Below, one piece after another: positions 9,860 to 18,119 of a DNA stretch of 45,925 nucleotides. A program made the translations under genes and the position numbers. The first letter of the stretch is position 1; every line of letters starts with the position of its first letter. Source of the stretch: Candidatus Levybacteria bacterium CG_4_9_14_0_2_um_filter_35_21 (GTDB lineage Bacteria; Patescibacteriota; Microgenomatia; Levybacterales; UBA12049); NCBI GenBank assembly GCA_002788395.1, contig PFRF01000056.1:1-45925 (forward strand). The letters run 5' to 3'. The notes beneath the pieces were generated by a model that did not search any database, was not told the DNA's origin, and worked only from the letters and a program-made list of their open reading frames with translations.

Positions 9860-9913
9860 AGGGTACAGAGTGCTTCTGTCGAAGTGTTTTAACAAAAAGC
9901 ACTCTGTAACCCT
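9860..9913 (-). terminator. Intercistronic stem-loop (no U-tract; partial terminator or mRNA stabiliser)
   Basis: AGGGT-ACAGAGTGCTT...AAGCACTCTGT-A-ACCCT directly after the stop of the 414-aa gene. Confidence 0.7.
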
Positions 9914-9919
9914 AAAAGA

Positions 9920-11164
9920 TTAACCCATGTGCAAGAATGCCCAAAGAGCTGCAAAATTGAATGAAAATTCAACATTTGGCATCTCTGGCCAATCAATACC
10001 CATTAGGTCACCTACTACGTTTACGTTTCCGGAATTATTTACACCTGTATCAACAAGCGCGTCTCCGGTAACGATTGCTGGATCTCCTCCTTCGACACTA
10101 CCGGTGTTTGACTCAACGTCATTTTTACCGGTCTTAGCATCTAGATCTTTAAGATCGTTTCTAAGGTTAGACAAATTTCCCTGACCAACAGCTTGTAAGC
10201 TATTAAGAGTCAAGGTAATAATATTGTCTGCCCTGTCGAAATCGGGCTCTGCTCCGTTTCCGGCAATTTTTGCCAGAACATCCCATGTGCATCCGCAATC
10301 AACATCTGCGTAGTTGAAGTTAACCGCATTATCAATATCGGCTTCGACTGTTGCATTTCCGGTGCCAATGATTACATCGCCTCCTGTATTAAAGTTTGCG
10401 TCATTTTCACCTGTTTCTGCGTCTGCATCAACATTGTTGGTAACGTTTGCTACATTGTTTTGCGAAACGCTGGTAACTTTAGCAAGAGCTGCGGTAATAT
10501 AATTACCGCTTCCCGCGCCGTTTCCAGTTATTACAAATGAAGCAGATGGGTTCGATGCTCCAAGAGCGGATCCTACTTTAGTAGAATTAACATTTGCAGT
10601 AGTTGAAATGTTAGTATCTACCTTAGCGTCTCCGGTTACGATCATTACATCGCCTCCGGTGTTCATATTTGCATCGTTTTCACCTGTTTCTGCGTCTGCA
10701 TCAACATTGTTGGTAACGTTTGCTACATTGTTTTGTCTAACAGCCGTAGTTGTTGTTTGATCAAGTTTTACTCCGTTGTCGGAATATGCTCCGTTTCCGG
10801 AGATTTTGACATCGGTTGAACCTGCTGCGCAACAATCTACTTGTGCTGCGTTGCTGTTAAGCGTATTTACAATGTCCGCTTTAACTGTTGCTTTCCCCGT
10901 GTCAACAACTACAGTTCCTCCGGTATTGAAGTTTGCGTCATTGTCACCTGTTTTTGCGTCTGCATCAACATTGTTGGTAACGTTTGCAGTATTGTTTTGC
11001 GTAACTGTTGTTGTGTTACTTTGAGTAACATTTGCCCAGTTATCAGAACCTGCTCCGTTTCCGGAAATAACCACGTTTGTTTCTGCGAACACTATTGGGG
11101 TTAAAACATTAAGTAAAATTGCTGATGTAGCAATTCCTGTAACTATTCTTCTTTTTAAATTCAT
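9920..11164 (-). CDS. Secreted repeat protein (4 repeats), putative major fibre subunit
   Basis: Signal peptide ending VFA; four repeats ISGNGAxS.N...QNN.ANVTNNVDADA.TG.NDA.FNTGG...TG.A; CC and CGC linkers; strong SD GAGGGAGGTGA. Confidence 0.88.
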   Translation of the reverse strand: MNLKRRIVTGIATSAILLNVLTPIVFAETNVVISGNGAGSDNWANVTQSNTTTVTQNNTANVTNNVDADAKTGDNDANFNTGGTVVVDTGKATVKADIVNTLNSNAAQVDCCAAGSTDVKISGNGAYSDNGVKLDQTTTTAVRQNNVANVTNNVDADAETGENDANMNTGGDVMIVTGDAKVDTNISTTANVNSTKVGSALGASNPSASFVITGNGAGSGNYITAALAKVTSVSQNNVANVTNNVDADAETGENDANFNTGGDVIIGTGNATVEADIDNAVNFNYADVDCGCTWDVLAKIAGNGAEPDFDRADNIITLTLNSLQAVGQGNLSNLRNDLKDLDAKTGKNDVESNTGSVEGGDPAIVTGDALVDTGVNNSGNVNVVGDLMGIDWPEMPNVEFSFNFAALWAFLHMG

Positions 11165-11256
11165 TTATATTCACCTCCCCTCTTTTATATATTTCCTTCG
11201 ATCTTTCGAAAGATTACACTTCTTTCTCCGTATCTTTTTTTTCGTGCCTAAGCCCG

Positions 11257-11316
11257 AAAAACAAAAAACGGAAACTTCTTCACACAACCTTAATTTGTGT
11301 AAAAAAGTCTCCGTTT
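11257..11316 (-). terminator. Long leader terminator overlapping the shared motif
   Basis: 22-bp stem AAACGGAGACUUUUUUACACAA / UUGUGUGAAGAAGUUUCCGUUU with 3 G-U pairs, 7-nt loop, then UUUGUUUUU. Confidence 0.8.
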
Positions 11317-11324
11317 GCGGTCGA
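11308..11324 (-). promoter_or_regulatory. Shared leader motif, copy 2
   Basis: TCGACCGCAAACGGAGA on the minus strand. Confidence 0.7.
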
Positions 11325-11336
11325 CCTATTTCGTTA

Positions 11337-11365
11337 TTTATAACTCGAAACTACCTTTTTGTCAA
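11337..11365 (-). promoter_or_regulatory. Sigma70-type promoter of the repeat-protein operon
   Basis: TTGACA (11365-11360), 17 nt spacer, TATAAA. Confidence 0.6.
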
Positions 11366-11373
11366 TATCCAAT

Positions 11374-11634
11374 TTACTCAGGGCTTATGACATTTTTCGT
11401 ACTTTTTAGAGCTTCTATTCTGCTATTGCTGCTAATTGTAATGTTTTGAATATTTTGCACCCGCTTTTTCTCCGCTTGACCAACTTCCATGCTAGTTTTT
11501 CTAATATTTCTGACTGTTATTTGAGTTACTTTACGGTCGCTTACATAAAGCTCCACACTGCCGAAGACTATATCTGACAAGGCTCTTTCTATTTCTCCTA
11601 ATAAACTAACTTTATCCTTTTGCGAATAAACCAT
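11374..11634 (-). CDS. DUF2292/YezD-like small protein
   Basis: IERALSDIVFGSVELYVSDRKVTQI fits the YezD/DUF2292 pattern (AL..I.FGSVE..V.D..V.QI) by recognition. Confidence 0.75.
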   Translation of the reverse strand: MVYSQKDKVSLLGEIERALSDIVFGSVELYVSDRKVTQITVRNIRKTSMEVGQAEKKRVQNIQNITISSNSRIEALKSTKNVISPE

Positions 11635-11635
11635 A

Positions 11636-12442
11636 TTATTTAAGTTTTAATTCAATGATTTCTTTTTTGCCGTCAATTTCTCCGATTTGCAACCTCAAAC
11701 TACTACTTATTTCATTTATTGGAAAACCCAACCTTGTTAACTTAGTAGAAATTGCCTGGACTTCTACCGGGTCATTATGAATATCTGCTGCAATCCACTC
11801 ATTTTGATTATTTACGGAAAGTCTTACGTAATCTTTGCTATTTATTTGCACCCCCTGAGAGTTATCGTTTATTATTTTAATATTTAGAATAAGAAATATT
11901 CTTCCCTTTACAGCCCTTGCCCTTTGTCCCTTAACTATTATTGAATCCTGAAGCTCTGCGGTTTCAATTTTATAGGTTAGCTCTCCGACCTTTTTTCCTT
12001 TTTCATTTTTTAGAGGAAAATTAAATTTTTTATTTAGTTCCTGTTTGGCCAGTGTTGTTGCAGGAAGAGGCCTACTATTCTCAGCGCTATTATTACTATT
12101 ATTGACTTGCCCTTGACCAAAAGATTTACCAATATAAAAAGTAGTTATGATGACGATGACAATTCCTAAAGCAGGATAAAAATATTTTTTGTATTTTCTA
12201 AAGTTACCATTTCTAAATTTATTTGTTGAGCTGGCAACCCGTTGTTTAAACTCGGCGCTTTTTATTTGTCTTTTTGTTTTGTGGAAAAAATTCCAAAAAG
12301 CTTTTTTTTGTTTTTCTCCAAAGTTATTTTTCTCTTCTTTTTGCTCCGCGGCTGAAGATTCGTTATCCGGATTACTTAATATAGGCGTAGATAAATTCAG
12401 TTCTTCCATAAAAATTGCCCCAATATGGGGCAGGTTTTTCAA
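11636..12442 (-). CDS. Single-TM protein with extracellular beta-rich (DUF4352-like) domain
   Basis: Basic N-region, TM, FLILNIKIIND...YVRLSV...LGFPI; true start may be MEELNL. Confidence 0.7.
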   Translation of the reverse strand: MKNLPHIGAIFMEELNLSTPILSNPDNESSAAEQKEEKNNFGEKQKKAFWNFFHKTKRQIKSAEFKQRVASSTNKFRNGNFRKYKKYFYPALGIVIVIITTFYIGKSFGQGQVNNSNNSAENSRPLPATTLAKQELNKKFNFPLKNEKGKKVGELTYKIETAELQDSIIVKGQRARAVKGRIFLILNIKIINDNSQGVQINSKDYVRLSVNNQNEWIAADIHNDPVEVQAISTKLTRLGFPINEISSSLRLQIGEIDGKKEIIELKLK

Positions 12443-12496
12443 TATTTAAGCTAGAGAGCAGATATTAGCACCAACTTTTTGACTTGTCAATAGTGA

Positions 12497-13000
12497 TTAA
12501 TTGAGATTAACAACTAAAACCTTAATCCTAACTACTTGTTCTCCTGCTTTTTTATTAATCTCAATATCTATTTTTTCTTTCCCGTTTGCTGCAACTAATT
12601 TATTTAAAACGTTATCGTTAGTTTTGGTTTGTACAAACGACTTTGCACTCATTCCCATACTTTCTATTTTTTGTTTATACCAATCGGTTATTTTTCCAGG
12701 GTCGTCGTTACTCTCTAATAAAAGGGTGTTGTCTAAACTTCCTATTTGCTTTGAATTAGGATACACCCAAGCATTATCTGTTGTCGGTTGAGTTTGTTTA
12801 ACTTCTTCTGTTGGAGTAGTATTATTTTGAATTCCAGTAACTGTCAAGATCGGGGTTGGAGTTTTTGTTTCTACCTTTATTATAGTAGGCTTACCCTGCG
12901 ACGTTTTCTTGATAAGTTGTTTTGTAATAGAATTTCTGGAAAAAATTAAAAATATTAAAACTAAAATCAAAAGAATTTTAAAGGTCTTCATAAAGGTCAC
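12497..13000 (-). CDS. Hypothetical exported/membrane-anchored protein
   Basis: N-terminal hydrophobic segment, T/P linker, WVYPNS...DDPGKITDWYK domain. Confidence 0.7.
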   Translation of the reverse strand: MTFMKTFKILLILVLIFLIFSRNSITKQLIKKTSQGKPTIIKVETKTPTPILTVTGIQNNTTPTEEVKQTQPTTDNAWVYPNSKQIGSLDNTLLLESNDDPGKITDWYKQKIESMGMSAKSFVQTKTNDNVLNKLVAANGKEKIDIEINKKAGEQVVRIKVLVVNLN

Positions 13001-13024
13001 ACTATTATAGAGGATACTGTCAAG

Positions 13025-15406
13025 TTAGTTAATTTTTATGAGAAGCTGACTATCTTCGTCTACAGTTAAGGCAACTTTATCTCCTCTTTTAATTTCTCCC
13101 GAAAGAATTTTTTTTGCAATTAGGTTTTCTACATTATCTTGTATATAATGTTTTAGCGGACGGGCACCAAATTGCTGGTCGAATCCTTCGCTTGCAATTT
13201 TTAAAACTATTTTTTCATCAAAGGTTATTGTAATATCTTTTTCCTTCATCATTTTGGAAAAACTTTCTAACAAAAGCTTTGTAACCTGTGTTACTTCTTC
13301 TGGAGTTAACGGCTTAAAAACAATTGTATCGTCAAACCTATTAATAAGTTCAGGTTTAAAAATTCCTTTTGTTTGCAGAAAATCAAATAATTTCTCTTTA
13401 AAGCTTTTATCCAAATTAGGAGATTTTTTTACCTCCTCCCGGATCATTTCCGAAGCAGCATTTGATGTTGCAATAATAATTGCGTTTGCAAAAGAAACTG
13501 TCTTTCCCTTATTATCCGTTAATCTTCCGTCGTCAAAAACCTGTAAAAATAAATCGTGAATTTTATAATTAGCTTTTTCGAATTCATCCAAAAGAATTAA
13601 GCAATATGGATTGTCATAAACCTTGTCTGTTAATTCCCCTTTTTCCGAACCCTCGCCCGGCATTGCGCCAAGCAATCTTTTTACCCCATCTTCCGAAGAA
13701 TATTCGCTCATATCAAGCCTTATCATTGTTTCTTCCGATCCGTAATAAATTTCGGCCAGAGCCTTTGCCGTTTCCGTTTTTCCAACTCCTGTTGGTCCTA
13801 AGAATAGAAATGATATCGGTTTTTTCTGATCGGAAAGACCCGACCTTAACCTTCTCATTGCTTCCGAAACTGCTAAAACAGCTTCATCCTGACCAATAAC
13901 TCTTTTATGCATTTGTTCTTCCATATGCAGTAATAATTCTTTTTCTTTTTCTTTTGGCACACCAACGGAAACGCTCATTTTTCTTTCTACTTGGGCAATA
14001 ATATCCTCTTCTTCCAATTCTTTTTTTCCGGAAATAGATATTGCGGTCGAGGCATCGTCCAATAATCTTATCGCAGATCCCGGTAAAACCAAATCTTTAT
14101 TGTATTTATCTGCAAATTTTATCGCCTTAAGAAGCGCCCTGTAGCTAATAAAAATATTTTTGATCTTTTCAATATGCCAAGCATTGTTAAAAAGCATTAA
14201 TTTTGTTTTGTCTTCGTCCGGTTCTTCTAATTTAATCGTTTGCAAAGACGACAATAATTCGTGCATCGGCTCTACGTATTGTTTAAAAGCCCCCGGAGTA
14301 ATAGTTGCAACTATCCTAACTATTCCTTTTTCTATATACGGAACAAGTGCTCCGGAAATATCCAAGTGGAAAGCCGAACTTCCCAAAATATTTTCAAAAT
14401 TTTTAATAAAAATTATTACGTCTCCTGCATGAGCAACTTCTGCAATTATTCCGTCAAGTCTTGTCTCAAGCTGTCCTTGATTTTCTGCACCTGCCAAAAA
14501 TGCGTCAACCATAAGCTGAAAAAATCTTTGGTGATAAAGATTTCCTTTTAGTTTTCCGGAAAAACTATCTAAAGCAAATGCCTGCATTAAGGATTCTCTG
14601 CCCGAACCGGGATCTCCAATAATAAGTGTGCTTTTATTTACTACTAAAGATTCTATAAGCATTTTGTACTCATCGTTTCTGGCAACCACCGAAGGATTTC
14701 TTTTTGTAATCTCCGAAGTTAAATCGACCATGTATTTTTCGGTTTCGATCGTCCACCCGTTAACCCAGTTTTCGGCCATTCCCTGTCCCCAAAAAACTAT
14801 TTCCGTTTGCTTAGGTTTTTCAAGGTTGGGAAAACTAATCTTTGTCCAAGCTAAGATACTTAACAAGTCTTCATTTTTTAATTGTTTTTTAAAAAGGAGT
14901 TTTGTTTTATCTTCTGTAACTAAAAAGTAGGCTGCAAAAAGATCAGCTTCGGTAACAAAATTACTCCCCAGTTTTTTTGCTAAATCAAAAGCAAGATCTT
15001 TAAGTTGATCTTTATCAAAATCGAGGTTGCTAATTTCTTTTTCTTCCGCATCAATTTTTTTTAAGAGAAATCTGCCGGAGTTATGCTTTTTAAGCTTAGC
15101 CAAAAAATTAACTTTAGGACTTATATATAAAGTTAATGCTTCCATTGTAAAAGACTCCAATAAATTTTCTTTATTCTCTAATGTCTTAATTTTTGGAAAT
15201 TTATTTTGCACTTTTTTCTTAAAGAAAAATTCTATCATTATAAAAATACAAAGAAAAAATAATGGGTATTTTAAATTTGTTAATTTTTGCGGAACAATTA
15301 AAAATTGATTTACGGTTCCTGAAAAAAGCAAAATAAATATTAAAAAGCGAACTAATTTTGCAAAGCCCAAATTATAATAATAAAAAATTTTGGCGTAATT
15401 TATCAT
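13025..15406 (-). CDS. Membrane-anchored ClpA/B-family AAA+ protein with degenerate first ATPase domain
   Basis: Two N-terminal TM segments; D1 GDPGSGRES and IIFIKNFE; D2 intact GPTGVGKT, RLDMSEY, LLDEFEKA, FGARPL. Confidence 0.9.
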   Translation of the reverse strand: MINYAKIFYYYNLGFAKLVRFLIFILLFSGTVNQFLIVPQKLTNLKYPLFFLCIFIMIEFFFKKKVQNKFPKIKTLENKENLLESFTMEALTLYISPKVNFLAKLKKHNSGRFLLKKIDAEEKEISNLDFDKDQLKDLAFDLAKKLGSNFVTEADLFAAYFLVTEDKTKLLFKKQLKNEDLLSILAWTKISFPNLEKPKQTEIVFWGQGMAENWVNGWTIETEKYMVDLTSEITKRNPSVVARNDEYKMLIESLVVNKSTLIIGDPGSGRESLMQAFALDSFSGKLKGNLYHQRFFQLMVDAFLAGAENQGQLETRLDGIIAEVAHAGDVIIFIKNFENILGSSAFHLDISGALVPYIEKGIVRIVATITPGAFKQYVEPMHELLSSLQTIKLEEPDEDKTKLMLFNNAWHIEKIKNIFISYRALLKAIKFADKYNKDLVLPGSAIRLLDDASTAISISGKKELEEEDIIAQVERKMSVSVGVPKEKEKELLLHMEEQMHKRVIGQDEAVLAVSEAMRRLRSGLSDQKKPISFLFLGPTGVGKTETAKALAEIYYGSEETMIRLDMSEYSSEDGVKRLLGAMPGEGSEKGELTDKVYDNPYCLILLDEFEKANYKIHDLFLQVFDDGRLTDNKGKTVSFANAIIIATSNAASEMIREEVKKSPNLDKSFKEKLFDFLQTKGIFKPELINRFDDTIVFKPLTPEEVTQVTKLLLESFSKMMKEKDITITFDEKIVLKIASEGFDQQFGARPLKHYIQDNVENLIAKKILSGEIKRGDKVALTVDEDSQLLIKIN

Positions 15407-15735
15407 TTAATAAAAAGCAGTAAAATTACTGCAAACGGAAAACAGAAAAACAAAATCGTTGTGATTATTTCCAGAGAAAGTAAAACTAATAACATAAAAA
15501 TATCTGTTAATATTACAAATAGTTTAATAAAAATTCCCATGACAATCGAAAACCCCACCAAACCTTCTCTGTATTCGTTTTTCCAAGGTCTAAAAAAAGT
15601 TTTTATTAAAAGAGGTAATGATACGAGTTGAATAAAAGATTTATTTAAAAAGATAAAAAACTTAAAAACCGAAGTGGGCACTTCTAAAAACCAGAAGCGT
15701 AGAAAAATAAACAGCAGTTCTACGTAAAATAGCAT
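15403..15735 (-). CDS. Small membrane protein coupled to the Clp-like ATPase
   Basis: Hydrophobic, LLIKTFFRPWK motif; 4-bp overlap with the next gene. Confidence 0.75.
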   Translation of the reverse strand: MLFYVELLFIFLRFWFLEVPTSVFKFFIFLNKSFIQLVSLPLLIKTFFRPWKNEYREGLVGFSIVMGIFIKLFVILTDIFMLLVLLSLEIITTILFFCFPFAVILLLFIK

Positions 15736-15781
15736 AATTTAAGTTTAGGAAGTTTTATATTTAATTGCAAATCCGGCAATT

Positions 15782-17623
15782 TTATTTTTTAGTGCATTTA
15801 AGCGGGCAAAACTGAATTTGACCTTGATTTAATGCACAGCTTGGATCAAAAACGCAATTATAAAAGATCGGTATTGTTGTTGTAGTAGTATCTTCTTCAT
15901 CCGGATCCGGCGGAATAGTTGTAGTTGTAGTTGTAGTTGTAGTTGAGTCTCCACCGGAACCAGATATTATTTTAAAATCAGCTGTTCTAATCATGTTTGT
16001 TGCCATAGAAAACAAGGAACTTGGATTAAAATTAACAGATCCTGCCACAGCAGATATTGTGTAATCTCCAACCGGAAGATTCGGAAAAAAGAATTTACCC
16101 AAACTATCCGTTGCGATACTCCCATTAAAAGGTCCTGCTATAGCAACTGATGCTCCTTGATACCCCTCTCCGGGGTCAGGAGTATTGTTTGTATTTAAAT
16201 CCGTATAGACTGTGCCTTGCAGTAATGGCGTTTGAGAATTTCCTCCGCCACTCACTATCGTAGTTGATGTCGTTTCTCTGGGAATAGTAGTTGTAGTGGT
16301 AATTGGAGGAAGACCGGAACATGCGTTTAAAGTTTTAAAAGCATTTAGTCTTGGGCCAATCGGTTTATCGGTAGAAATCGGATCTGCATTGTCTACTAGA
16401 CAACTTTTTACTTGACTCGGAGAAAGGCCGGGATTAACCGACAAAAGTAAGGCCGCAACTCCCACGACATGAGGAGTGGCCATGCTTGTTCCCTGTAGTA
16501 CTTGATAAGAGCCCCCGGGAGCGGTCGATAAAATTGTATTAGCGGCGGTTTTTGCTGCGCCATTACTATTACCTCCGGGAGCAGCAATATCAACTATCGA
16601 TCCAAAATTTGAGTAAACTGCCCTTTCATCATTTGGACCGGTTGCGCCAACTACCAAAACCCCTTGACATGATGCCGGACTGAAGTTTGATGCATTCATA
16701 TTACTATTTCCTGCTGCAACAATAACCGTTGTTCCATTATTTATTGCAAAATTTATTGCATCCTGCTCCATAGATGAACATGCATGAGCTCCTCCCAAAC
16801 TTAGATTAATTACCCTTGCTCCATTTTCGGAAGCAAAAATTATTCCCGAAACTAATGCCGTTCCACTTCCCGTTCCTTGAGAATTTAGCATCTTGGCTAC
16901 AATAAAATTAATATTCCAATTAATACCGGCTACTCCAACTCCATTATTAGTAGCGGCACCAATCGTGCCGGCAACATGAGTGCCGTGATACGAATTATCC
17001 GTTGCCGTCGAATCTACACAGGTTCCGGAAGCACAATCTGCCGCCAAAGAAATTCTGCCATTAAATTCCGGATGACTTCCGTCAACCCCCGTATCTACTA
17101 CTGCAACTTTAGTTTCCGACGTTCCTGTTCCGATAATCCATGCGTTTGGCATGTCAATTTTTTGAAGCGCCCATTCCTTGGGATAGCTTGGATCATTTGG
17201 CTCTGCTTGTGCAGAAAAAATATAATTTGGCTCTGCTTTTTCAAGCTCATTAAATTTCGATAATTCCTTAACTACACTTTTAACATCTATCCCCTGTTTT
17301 AATTTTAAAATGTAATATTTTGATAAGCTTGGATTGGTTGATGTTTTATACACTTTTTCCTGAGAAATTACTCCAAGACTTGTCAATTTTTGCTTAAATT
17401 CAACACTTTGACTTAAATCAACTTTATATTTAATAATCACCTGATCTTTAACAAACGGCCCTGAAATTTCTTTTGTTTTTGTATCTTTAGAAAAAGAAGC
17501 AAAGATTCCTAACGTAATTAAGAAAAGCAAGCTAGTTATGCCAATTATTGACAATGTTTTTTTCTTTTTATATAAATTTTTGAATTTATTAATTAGCTCT
17601 ATTGATGTAATTTTTTTCAACAT
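15782..17623 (-). CDS. Membrane-anchored S8 subtilisin-like serine protease
   Basis: TM, propeptide, VAVVDTG / HGTHVAG / GTSMATPHV triad, Thr-rich linkers, SdrD-B/Cna-like domain, C-terminal 4-Cys module. Confidence 0.93.
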   Translation of the reverse strand: MLKKITSIELINKFKNLYKKKKTLSIIGITSLLFLITLGIFASFSKDTKTKEISGPFVKDQVIIKYKVDLSQSVEFKQKLTSLGVISQEKVYKTSTNPSLSKYYILKLKQGIDVKSVVKELSKFNELEKAEPNYIFSAQAEPNDPSYPKEWALQKIDMPNAWIIGTGTSETKVAVVDTGVDGSHPEFNGRISLAADCASGTCVDSTATDNSYHGTHVAGTIGAATNNGVGVAGINWNINFIVAKMLNSQGTGSGTALVSGIIFASENGARVINLSLGGAHACSSMEQDAINFAINNGTTVIVAAGNSNMNASNFSPASCQGVLVVGATGPNDERAVYSNFGSIVDIAAPGGNSNGAAKTAANTILSTAPGGSYQVLQGTSMATPHVVGVAALLLSVNPGLSPSQVKSCLVDNADPISTDKPIGPRLNAFKTLNACSGLPPITTTTTIPRETTSTTIVSGGGNSQTPLLQGTVYTDLNTNNTPDPGEGYQGASVAIAGPFNGSIATDSLGKFFFPNLPVGDYTISAVAGSVNFNPSSLFSMATNMIRTADFKIISGSGGDSTTTTTTTTTIPPDPDEEDTTTTTIPIFYNCVFDPSCALNQGQIQFCPLKCTKK

Positions 17624-18116
17624 TTTCTATCTCCGGCAATGCTTTTAACTCTAACATTACTTCTTCTAGTTTTAATTTTGTCTTTAAATTAAGCAAGTAA
17701 TAATTTTTAAACGCCGAATTCGATGCTTCAAAAGCCCTTTTTTCCGAAATTACTCCTAACTCTTTATATACTTTTCCTATTTCCGTTTTTCTTTCCTTAG
17801 ATATTTCATCCGGCCCCATTCCCATTTTGTATTTAACTATCAACTCATTCTGGACAAATTCAGGAGTCGGTATTGGCATATCGGTTGGAGTTACTAATCT
17901 TGAAGCGGTTGGTGTCGGAGTTATTATTGGACTGGATTGGCTGAGTTTTCCGTTAATTATCGACGAAATAGAAAACCAAAGCATTAAAGCTCCAATTATA
18001 ATAAATATAATTATTATTCCGGTTTTGTTGATTTGAGACAAAGCATTAAAGTAATTTTCTAATTTACTTATAAATCCTTGCGGTTTTTCTTCTTGCACTG
18101 GTATTTCTGGATCCAT
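17589..18116 (-). CDS. Membrane-anchored stand-alone subtilisin propeptide-like (I9/fervidolysin-type) protein
   Basis: FVQNELIVKYK...LGVISEK...YYLLNLK...ENVEKNYI parallels the neighbour's FVKDQVIIKYK...LGVISQEK...YYILKLK...EKAEPNYI. Confidence 0.75.
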   Translation of the reverse strand: MDPEIPVQEEKPQGFISKLENYFNALSQINKTGIIIIFIIIGALMLWFSISSIINGKLSQSSPIITPTPTASRLVTPTDMPIPTPEFVQNELIVKYKMGMGPDEISKERKTEIGKVYKELGVISEKRAFEASNSAFKNYYLLNLKTKLKLEEVMLELKALPEIENVEKNYINRAN

Positions 18117-18119
18117 ACG

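Noticed and set aside
12465-12491. TTAGCACC as a CIRCE half-site
   Set aside because: There is no matching second arm at 9-nt spacing.
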